DNA of 32,000 bases from Candidatus Saccharimonadota bacterium (lineage in GTDB: Bacteria > Patescibacteriota > Gracilibacteria > BD1-5 > UBA6164): the NCBI GenBank assembly GCA_004563595.2, contig CP042461.1, forward strand, positions 690,001 to 722,000, in the 5' to 3' direction. The position numbers were made by a program, and so were the translations under genes. Of the stretch, positions 10,232 to 18,901 are shown one piece after another. The number at the start of each line of letters is the position of its first letter. Positions within the stretch are counted from its first letter, which is position 1. The notes under the pieces are model-generated. The model did not search any database and was not told where the DNA came from. It saw only the letters and a program-made list of their open reading frames with translations.

Positions 10232-11748
10232 TTTATATTCTTAAGATTCTTTAATATTTTTTCTTCTGAATATCCTCAGTCAATAAGTCCATTAATAAAG
10301 TCTTTTTTATAGTTTACTCATACATAATAAATTCATGCAAGGCTATGTGTTTGAGCAATTCTCTTTCAAATACTATTATGAATATATGCTGATTCTTTTC
10401 AAAGCTCTAAGATATCATCTAAAATAAGTATTGTATCTCATTCAAAGCTGCTGAGAACATTTAATCAGGAAAAAAGCGAGTCTTCAGAAAGATTGTACGA
10501 ATCATCAATATATATAGATCAATTCTTATTATGAGTTATATCAAGTGTTGATTTTGGAGACTTTATATTCAAAAGATATTTTTTCATATTTTCTATTGAA
10601 ATTCATAAATCTATACAACAAGCAATTACCCCTGAAAGGTTTGTAATATTATGAATTCATACTAGATTGGTTTCGAAAGTATACTTTTCTCATTTATAAT
10701 GAAAATCAAAAGAGCTCACTGCTTTCACGATATTTATATTTGAAGCATGTGCGTCTGTGTGCTTATAAAATCAATAAGAAACTACAGATAAATTCTCATC
10801 AAATTTTATATTTCTAATGTCCTGATTATCGTAATTTACATATAAAATTCCCTTATTTTCACTCACTTTATTAGCAATTTCACATTTTGCTTGAATAGTA
10901 TTCTTAATTCATCAGAATAATCATAAATGCTGTGTTCAGATCGCTGTAAGAAATCAATATTTATGATTTACTATATCTCAAAGAGTTTCAATCTCCCCTA
11001 TTCTATATGCTCACATTTCAGCTACAAAATAATCATTATCTTCTGATAGTTCATTTAAAATAATAGACGATACTCATAGCTCAGTATTTATATTTTCAGG
11101 CGTTTTTAATAGGTTTCATTCATTTTCTAATATACTGCATAAAAACTCTTTCACACTTGATTTTCCATAGCTTCCTGTGATTCAAATTTTTATGGTATGA
11201 TCATTGTTTTTTGATTTATTTGATGCTCTATTTATTAATTTATTTTTTTTGTATGATACAACTGGATGTAACACAAAAATAATCGCAAATATTATTCATA
11301 CTGGGATTAAAAATAATATAAATAAATATGAGTAGAAGAATTTGAATAATTCATTGTTAAGAATAAAAGCAAAATCGAAACTTATACCTACCAATAGTAC
11401 AAAAGCTATAGTAAGTAATCTTCCTGTTTTTTTAGGGAGAGTCAGTTTTTTTCTAAATATTTTTCATAATACAAATATATTCCAAAGTACTAAGAAGTAG
11501 AAAACAAGATTGTATAAAATATATTCAAATACTGGGTTGAAATATAAAATAATAGTCATGAGAAAGAATGGTACTTCTAATAGAAACCAGAAATTAAATA
11601 CAGCATTTTTTCCTTGAGGAGTATGTAAATATTCATTGAATCTATCCCATCTATATTCTTTTAATTGAATCACATAAAGCCAAAAAGAGTACTTATATAC
11701 CAGTGGAAGGATTGCTAATATGAGGAGTATTATATAACTTGATATCAT
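10174..11748 (-). CDS. murF: MurF-type Mur ligase (UDP-MurNAc-tripeptide--D-Ala-D-Ala ligase-like) with an N-terminal polytopic membrane region, 524 aa
   Basis: ATG 11748 runs to TAA 10174-10176. Track ORF 11464..11748 is the hydrophobic N-terminus. The P-loop IG(TGA)ITGSYGKSS lies at about aa 189-197. Later motifs are AEMG(TGA)A, IDDSYN and a C-terminal VMLFEG(TGA)RRSAKY. Confidence 0.8.
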
Positions 11749-11751
11749 TGT

Positions 11752-12534
11752 TTAAATATTCTTTAAAAATGTAGAAATAAGGAGCTTTGGATTCTGTAAA
11801 TGTATTCCATGTTTTTCATCAGGAATAGTAACTATCTTTGAGTGTGGTATTAATTTTCTCATGAACAATCAATCTGAGAGTGGAGTGTATGTGTCTTTTT
11901 CTCCCCAAAGAAGAAGTGTATTAATTTGTATCTGAGCTATATCTTTTGTGAGATCAGAGGATATCATATTTAAATATGTTTGTTTGAGGTAAGGATTCCT
12001 TTCTGCTTTTAAATAGTCTTGTGATCAGATGAATCTGTAAAATAAGTTTCTGAGTGATTTTAGAATTCTGCCCCCTCATTCTTTGGGTATTCCCTTTTTA
12101 ATTAGTTTTGTAATGCTATTAAATATTTTCCTCTTTACACTTCTTTTATTATCATTTCTTATTCAAGCAGAATTATTTAAAACAAGTCTTGTGATGTCTA
12201 ATTTTCATCTGTTTGCTATTTTAATCGATATTGCTCATCAATTACTATGTCACCAGAGTATAAGTTCATCAATTTTTAATTCTTTGATAAAATTTTCTAT
12301 CAGGAGAGCATAGTCATCAAGTGTAAATACTGATTTAATTTCTGTTTTTCAGAATCATGGAAGGTCAGGAATAATTACTTTGAAGTTATTATTTGATAAT
12401 AGCTCTCCTAACTGCATCCAACTATCACTCTCTCATCACCACCCATGAAGAATTACAATAGCTTGATCATGTTCAGGTCAATACTCTTTGTAGTTTATAT
12501 TATATGTTCAGATTTTGATTTGTTTTTCTTGCAT
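11752..12534 (-). CDS. Alpha/beta-fold hydrolase, 260 aa
   Basis: ATG 12534 runs to TAA 11752-11754, 3 nt before the murF start. Motifs are HGWGG (oxyanion region), the nucleophile elbow G-H-S-N-G-G at 12232-12255 with three Gly as TGA, and a C-terminal EKHGIHLQ (His). Confidence 0.8.
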
Positions 12535-12639
12535 GTATTGAAACGAAAATATGGAGTAATAAATTAGTTCTTATTTTAGTGATTTTTATTATTAAGCAAA
12601 AGAATTTATATAAGTGATTAAAAATAAAAATTAGGTCAC

Positions 12640-13080
12640 TTATAGAGTATCTGAGTACGAACTTAAAACCATAAAAAAACCAATTACCTGTTTAGGCAAT
12701 TGGTTATTAATAATTTCTTTAATCACTCAATTTATACTAGTGAAAGTTATTCCTCCACACATCAGTAAAATTGGAATTGTGACAGAAGTAAATCCAAGAA
12801 TCTTATTCAAGATTATTTTTGTATCATACTTTTTGATGGAAGTATTAGTTTCATCACATTTTTTATTAACATATGACAACTCTCCTTGACTCATGTATTG
12901 AGCCTCAGTGTAAACACTTCTTGTGTTGGTTAAAACCTTACAATGTTTTTCTTTATCTATTCCTAAAGACCTACCTCGAGTAATAAAGAAGATTACTATA
13001 AAAAGGATCAATCCGACAAATAAGAATAACCCTATAACTGACACAATTACAAAGATTGTCACTATAAAATCAATAAACAT
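12640..13080 (-). CDS. Small two-TM membrane protein of the TGA-free cassette class. It is 117 aa if TGA 12727-12729 is a stop, or 146 aa if read as Gly to TAA 12640-12642.
   Basis: ATG 13080 is preceded by AAGGAG (13087-13092). There are 8 Gly, all GGN. It has hydrophobic N- and C-terminal segments. The standard-code ORF is 12727..13080. Table-25 read-through runs across its own terminator. Confidence 0.6.
12672..12705 (-). terminator. Intrinsic terminator of the small cassette gene
   Basis: On the minus strand, AACCAATT (12705-12698) pairs with AATTGGTT (12685-12678), with inner GG/CC pairs, followed by a T7 tract. It starts 21 nt after TGA 12727-12729. Confidence 0.75.
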
Positions 13081-13135
13081 ACCTTTCTCCTTTTTTTTAG
13101 TACATTATTTATACTCGAAAAGTACATGAAGTCAA
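13081..13135 (-). promoter_or_regulatory. Promoter plus Shine-Dalgarno of the small cassette gene
   Basis: On the minus strand: TTGACT (13135-13130), a 16-nt spacer, TATAAA (13113-13108), then AAGGAG (13092-13087) 6 nt from the ATG. Confidence 0.65.
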
Positions 13136-13319
13136 AAAAACTTAATAAAACCTAGCACTAAATGTTACTTTTAGAAGAAAAAGAACTAAAAAATAGTTAC
13201 TCTTATTAATAATGGACCAAGAGAAAGACTAAGCTATTTGACTCCTAATAAAATTTGTAATAACAAATCTAAAAATTGAATTTAACTTTAAATTCTAGAT
13301 ATATATTTATTGTAAGCAC

Positions 13320-13346
13320 ATAAAACCCCCTGTATTACCAGGGGGC
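13320..13346 (-). terminator. Intrinsic terminator of the 539-aa lipoprotein gene
   Basis: On the minus strand, CCCCCTG pairs with CAGGGGG (13326-13345) across a 6-nt loop, followed by TTTTAT. The stem is unusually GC-rich for this window. Confidence 0.8.
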
Positions 13347-13367
13347 TATATTATTCTCCTTTTTTAG

Positions 13368-14987
13368 TTAACAATCTATTAAATCCCCTAATAAATCACT
13401 TAATAAATCATCATCATCTTCATTTACATAAGCAGCATAAGCTACAGAAAATAAAAATCCACGAGTTGTTAAACTATCATAGTTTGTGAAATTTTCTACA
13501 ATACCTCGTTCTACAGCAAAATCTACAACTTGTTTTTGCCATGTGTCATCTATAGTTGAATTAAAACTATAGCCCAAATCAACAGCACTTAGAATAGCTG
13601 CTAAGGTTTCAGCTTTTGTAATATAACCTTCAGGATGAAAGTTAGTATTAGAAGTACTAATTTTACCCGCATCTGCTAGAGCTTCAATATATTTACAAGC
13701 CCATGTGTTTGGGGTTATAGCAGAAACGTCAGCAAAAATGTTATCACATATAGTTTTTGGATCTAAGTCAGCAACGAGTGTTGCAATCTTCGCAAACTCC
13801 TGTCTAAAAATATAATCATCTAAGTGATATTCCTCAATAGTTGTTAAGTTTGCAATAAATTCCAATTCCACCAAGCCATTTACCGCATCAATTTCCATGT
13901 TACTTGGTTCATAATCTGGATCCTTTACCTGTAAAATCAAATTTAGATCATCAGTATATCCTGAAGAAACCAAAGTTAAGAGATTATCTGTTACAGAATT
14001 CTCAATTTTAATATCAAATTCCTGATTTCCACTTAGATCCCAATAGCATCTGCTAAAAGAAGCATCATCAGTAGAATACTCGACTTCATTAATAGTGATT
14101 TGATGTAAATCAACATCATTTCCTATTACAAAGTTAAGACATACAGTATAGCCCTCGTCATTTGTAAAGTTAAAAGTATCTAAGATTACAAATGCTTCAT
14201 TCTCAGCAGGTAAAACACTAAATAATTCTGGTGTTTCCCAGTCAGAAATATTAAACCAATTTTTCCCATTTATAAATCGTGGGACAAAATCATGTGGAAT
14301 TTTACGACAAACTTGATGTTCGTCATCTAAGAAACATAAGCTCTGTATAGATTTAGTAGTTGATAAATATATCGAATTCAGACGTAAATTGCCTGACTCA
14401 TATACATATAAATCATCTCCTTCATGTACATAAACGTATGGATTATCCGAATAATTACTTATATATTTTTCAACCACTTTGGTTGGGATAAAATCAAGGT
14501 TTAATTCAGATAAATACAAATCTGAATAAACCGAACTATTAGGTACAGATATTGGCCTGGGAAGTCGAACAAAAGAATCAGAACTAACGTCAAACTCTTG
14601 AGCTACTCCATAGGCACGACTATATCCATCTCTATAAAGATTTTGAGTTACCTCATAGTTTCCTGCAGGAAGCTGAAAAATAATTTCATCTTCATACTTT
14701 CCTTCTATAAGAGCTCTTTTTTCTTCATAATAACTATGATCATCAGTGTTTCTCACTACTGCAATCAGAAGTGAAGCTGATTTCATAATATCTAATATAG
14801 ACAGATCACCTTTCGCTAATGCATCTTCAGAATTATATGAAAATTTAACTTCATACCTTTCTGCGGTACTAGCTGGCTCTTCTTCCATTGACCTCGGTTC
14901 AGGCTCAGGATCAGTACCTCCATCTGATCCACAAGCAGAAATAAAGAAAATGGTACAAAGAATAAAATAAGATAATATCTTACTCAT
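13368..14987 (-). CDS. Surface lipoprotein with C-terminal SLH-like repeats and an acidic tail, 539 aa (TGA-free cassette class)
   Basis: This is an intact standard-code ORF ending in TAA. Its signal peptide has the lipobox FISAC. There are 22 Gly, all GGN. The C-terminus resembles an SLH consensus (FADV....W..YIEALADAGKI....FHPEGYITKAETLAAIL, plus flanking partial repeats). The SD GGGAG lies at 14994-14998. Confidence 0.85.
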   Translation of the reverse strand: MSKILSYFILCTIFFISACGSDGGTDPEPEPRSMEEEPASTAERYEVKFSYNSEDALAKGDLSILDIMKSASLLIAVVRNTDDHSYYEEKRALIEGKYEDEIIFQLPAGNYEVTQNLYRDGYSRAYGVAQEFDVSSDSFVRLPRPISVPNSSVYSDLYLSELNLDFIPTKVVEKYISNYSDNPYVYVHEGDDLYVYESGNLRLNSIYLSTTKSIQSLCFLDDEHQVCRKIPHDFVPRFINGKNWFNISDWETPELFSVLPAENEAFVILDTFNFTNDEGYTVCLNFVIGNDVDLHQITINEVEYSTDDASFSRCYWDLSGNQEFDIKIENSVTDNLLTLVSSGYTDDLNLILQVKDPDYEPSNMEIDAVNGLVELEFIANLTTIEEYHLDDYIFRQEFAKIATLVADLDPKTICDNIFADVSAITPNTWACKYIEALADAGKISTSNTNFHPEGYITKAETLAAILSAVDLGYSFNSTIDDTWQKQVVDFAVERGIVENFTNYDSLTTRGFLFSVAYAAYVNEDDDDLLSDLLGDLIDC

Positions 14988-15089
14988 GATAGCTCCCTGG
15001 GTCGTAACCCTCTATTGATAAATTTTATTTTGATTTTTAAGCCAAAAAAATGACTAGCATGATAATAATCATTATATATATAATGTCAA
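14988..15089 (-). promoter_or_regulatory. Promoter, roughly 70-nt leader and SD of the 539-aa lipoprotein gene
   Basis: On the minus strand: TTGACA (15089-15084), a 16-nt spacer, TATTAT (15067-15062), and GGGAG 5 nt from the ATG. The -35 lies about 20 nt after the pcrA stop. Confidence 0.6.
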
Positions 15090-15109
15090 CTGCATTTCGG
15101 ATGAGCTTA

Positions 15110-17347
15110 CAGCTTCCTAACCGGAGCAATTCTAATATTCATCTTTTTAATTCCATTACTTGAAAATGCTATTTCAGCAAGCTCTCAAGTCAGGCTTGTA
15201 ATGATTCAGTTTCAAAATTTTGGATGTGCTACTTTATCTCACATAGAAAAAATTGAAACGTCGTTATTTGCAAGAGGTTTTACAACTTTTTTTGCTGTAC
15301 TGGCTCATCAAAAACTAAATCAATCCGAAGTTCATCAAAGTGATGATACGGATGAGAATATTGAGGTTCAACCAAGACTTTTTTCTGTTATAGCATAGTT
15401 TTCTATAAGTTGAGTATCTATTTCTTTCATAAACCTTGATTCTGGATTTCTTACATAATCTCAAAAATGAAATCTTTCTTTTGCTCTACTGATATAGAGT
15501 TCTTCTCTGGCTCTGGTCATTCCCACATACATGAGTCTTCTTTCTTCTTCCAATGCATTAACATCTCATACACTTCTAAAACTTGGAAATATCCCATCCT
15601 CAAGTCATGTTAAAAATACTCTTGTTTGTTCAAGTCATTTCGAAGTATGGATTGTCATAAGGGTGACATAGTCTTCCCTTTCATCTTTTGTATCCATATC
15701 TGTAATAAGTGCTACTTCTTCTAAAAATTGTGCGAGTGATTCTCTTGGATCCATTCAATTATATTGTGAGGCTACGGTTATTAATTCTTCTATATTTTCT
15801 TTTTTTGATTGCGCTTCATCTGTAGATAATCCATCAGTAATATATTCTTCATATTGAACAGCTTTAACAAGGTGTGAGATTAATTCTGAAACTACTATTT
15901 TATTTGATTGTTCTCTCAGTGTATTATATATTTCTCAGAATACTTTGATCGAGAGTCTTGCTGCTGGTCTGAGTTCTTCTACTTCATCTATATTCTCTAT
16001 GATTTGTAGGTACGGGAGTTCAAAATTTAATTTATAATTATCAAGTATTTCTATACTCTTTGCTCCTATTTTTCTTGTAGGGACATTAATTATTCTCTTC
16101 ATACTCACTGCATCATTAGAGTTATGAATCACTCTTAAATATCCAAGTAAGTCTTTGATTTCTTTTCTATCGTAAAACTTTTGACCTCAAATAACTCTAT
16201 ATGGTATATTTTTTATCATTAGAGCTTCTTCAAGTTGTCTTGATTGTGCATTTGTACGGTAGAGGAGGAGATTATCCGCATATTGTCATCCATCTTCAGT
16301 TCAATCTCTTATTATTCAAGCTATTATACTTGCTTCAGTTTTATCATCTGGTGCTTCAATATAGTTAATTTTATCTCATGTATTATTATCAGTCCAAAGT
16401 TCTTTTTTGATTCATGAGTTATTATTTTTAATAACTGAATTTGCTCCTGAAATAATGGTTTTAGTAGACCTATAATTTTGTTCTAATTTTATAATAAGTG
16501 CATCCGTATAATCTTTTCTGAAATTGATTATATTTCTCATATCAGCTCATCTCCACGAATAGATTGATTGAGAATCATCTCAAACGACAGCTAAATTTCT
16601 ATATTTTGCTGCTAATAGTTTTACTATTTCATACTGTGGAGCATTGGTATCTTGATACTCATCTACCATGAGATATTTATATCTTTCTTGATAAATGTCT
16701 AAAATTTTTGGAATTCTGAGCAATCAAAGCGTTTTTACCAATATATCATCAAAATCAAGGGCATTGTTTTGCCTGAGGTTTTCTTCATATTTTAAGTATG
16801 TTTTAAATACAACTTCTTTTATTGAACTATCAATTTCTGCTTCGTAGGCTTTTGCTGAAATCAGTGCATTTTTGGCATTTGATATATAAAATGCTATCTG
16901 TCTTGCTGGGTATTCTTTTTCATTTAAATGAAGTTCATTTTTAATAATTCATTTTAATACTGATAATTTATCAGATTCATCATAGATAACAAAGTCTTTC
17001 TTTAGTCAAATAGCTAATTCTTCGCTATCAAAATTGTTTAAGACTTCTTTGAGTATAAATATTCAAATCGAGTGAAAGGTTCCAATAAGTGGAAAGTTTC
17101 ATCTTGAATAAATACTTCTAGGAGTTTCAACTCAGAGAGTTTTTGCTACTCTTTCTCTCATCTCACTCGCAGCTTTATTTGTAAAGGTAACCATCATAAC
17201 ACTTGGTGGTACTATCCCCTTTTCTTTGATCATATAATTTACCCTTTGAGAGAGTGTTGCTGTTTTTCAACTTCATGCTCATGCTATAATAAGCAGTGGT
17301 CACTCTATTTTATTTTTTGCCTCTTCTTGTTTTGGATTTAATTGCAA
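15110..17347 (-). CDS. pcrA: ATP-dependent DNA helicase PcrA/UvrD, 745 aa
   Basis: A probable TTG start at 17347 (no in-frame ATG; begins [10 protein letters not shown]) runs to TAA 15110-15112. Motifs are Walker A AGAGSGKT at 17261-17284 (all three Gly are TGA), [40 protein letters not shown] (track ORF 15935..16132), TIHTSKG(TGA)[10 protein letters not shown] and a C-terminal [11 protein letters not shown] tail. Confidence 0.92.
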
Positions 17348-17433
17348 ATTATATGTATTAGTTCATAAATATTGCTATGATTTTATGGATTAATAATGAA
17401 ATGTAAAAGAGAATTTGGAGAAAAGAAAAAAGC

Positions 17434-17463
17434 TCTCATCCCTGAGAGCTTTTAAGGTTTATT
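17434..17463. terminator. Intrinsic terminator of the 477-aa lipoprotein gene (possibly bidirectional)
   Basis: AGCTCTCA (17440-17447) pairs with TGAGAGCT (17452-17459) across a 4-nt loop. On the minus strand it is followed by TTTTTTCTTTT. Confidence 0.8.
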
Positions 17464-17467
17464 ATGG

Positions 17468-18901
17468 TTATTTATCCAAGGGTAAATCAGCAGCGATATG
17501 CGAAGATAAACCAAATGAATTATCCACATTTAATACATCATATTTAATCCCATCTGAATATAATGCAAGATTCACGGTATCATCTACCAAAGGGTTAGTA
17601 GGTCTAATGCCAAAGGTTTCAAAGTCAGCTGATTGTAATGTACTATTTAGGCTCGTTACATCAAAATTTAAAACTCCAACGATAGGCCAATTTTCCAGTA
17701 TATTACTAGTATCAAAAGCATTGAATAATTCATATTTTCCATCGTAACTTGAGCCAGTTGTATTGAAAAGCAAAGTTGAAATTTGAACTTCTACACTTGC
17801 ATTCGAGCTTGATGATGTATTATTCCCTACATTTAATGATATATTAATTTCAGCTGTATCACTAGAATCCAATGTTGCGTTTGCCCATACATTTATTGTT
17901 GCTGGAACAACAGAAAAAGCTTTTGAGCTTATTATATTGTTCAGTTCGATATCTGCAATAGGTTCTCTTGAAACTGCCCCAATAATTCCAGTAAAAGCCA
18001 TTCCTGTTACTTTTGCATTTCTAAGAGTATGGCCAATCTTTTGATAACCAATAGTTTCTGTATTAAGCCCTATTGTTAGGTTATTAATTCCTTCAGGTAT
18101 TGTCAAAAAATTAAATGTAATAGTATTGGGACCAATATTGGAAAAATCAGTTATAGCAATAGGTGTATCTCCTAAATAGAGTGTAGCGCTTGAGATAGAA
18201 GCCCTTAAGTCAAGATTTTCCCCCTCAAAGGTATAAATTAATCCTGAACTAAGAATATCTTCATTAACAATCTCTATATTATTAGAAAATACTTTTCCTG
18301 AAGTTCCAGCAAGAATATTTTTTATATTTTTATTGACAGGACTATGAATATCTTCAGTGAGACTTGCAACTCCACTATCGGTTATAGTAACAATTCTAGA
18401 AGAAAATATTTCCTTATCAAGGATACCATCCTTATTTTTATCACCGGAATAGTATATTACTTCACCTTTTTCATTTAATGCAGATACTGAAACAAGTGAA
18501 GTTTCAACTGGATTAAACCCAGATTCAGGATCAGTATTCATAAACGACACATGTACAAGATAATCGGTTCCAGTTTTAGTAATATTTTCAAATGTAGCGA
18601 TACCATTTTGTAAAGATATACCTAAAACACTTCCAAGTAAATTATCGGGAGACCTAGAACCTCTATATAGCCTTACTTCATTGATTTGGTTACCTGTAGC
18701 ATCTTCTGATTCAGTATAAATATGCACTTGTACGGCATTTACTAAAGATGCTTCATCTACTTTAAATCCCAAAGTAAGAATATTATCAGCTCCTCGAGGT
18801 ACAGATTTATCATCTAATTGAGTAAGAGTGAGACTCGTACCACCACAGGCTCCTAGACTAAACATACATATTGTAATGAAAATCCCTTTTAGTAAGGTCA
18901 T
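17468..18901 (-). CDS. Surface lipoprotein, Ser/Thr/Asn-rich, probably beta-rich adhesin-like, 477 aa (TGA-free cassette class)
   Basis: This is an intact standard-code ORF ending in TAA. Its signal peptide has the lipobox FSLGAC. There are 37 Gly, all GGN. It has a DKNKDGILD calcium-loop-like motif. The SD AAGGAG lies at 18910-18915, 8 nt from the ATG. Confidence 0.85.
   Translation of the reverse strand: MTLLKGIFITICMFSLGACGGTSLTLTQLDDKSVPRGADNILTLGFKVDEASLVNAVQVHIYTESEDATGNQINEVRLYRGSRSPDNLLGSVLGISLQNGIATFENITKTGTDYLVHVSFMNTDPESGFNPVETSLVSVSALNEKGEVIYYSGDKNKDGILDKEIFSSRIVTITDSGVASLTEDIHSPVNKNIKNILAGTSGKVFSNNIEIVNEDILSSGLIYTFEGENLDLRASISSATLYLGDTPIAITDFSNIGPNTITFNFLTIPEGINNLTIGLNTETIGYQKIGHTLRNAKVTGMAFTGIIGAVSREPIADIELNNIISSKAFSVVPATINVWANATLDSSDTAEINISLNVGNNTSSSSNASVEVQISTLLFNTTGSSYDGKYELFNAFDTSNILENWPIVGVLNFDVTSLNSTLQSADFETFGIRPTNPLVDDTVNLALYSDGIKYDVLNVDNSFGLSSHIAADLPLDK

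Noticed and set aside
17520-17528. A perfect DnaA-box consensus TTATCCACA (plus a 7/9 match TTATCCAAG at 17472-17480) inside the 3' end of the 477-aa lipoprotein gene.
   Set aside because: A single perfect 9-mer on either strand of 32 kb of AT-rich DNA is expected by chance with appreciable probability. There is no cluster, no adjacent AT-rich unwinding element, and it is intragenic, about 13 kb from dnaA.
13368-18901. The two lipoproteins being paralogues, or the product of a duplicated cassette.
   Set aside because: I could see no shared sequence blocks beyond the signal peptide and lipobox, and the lengths and compositions differ. Only the expression-signal style is shared.
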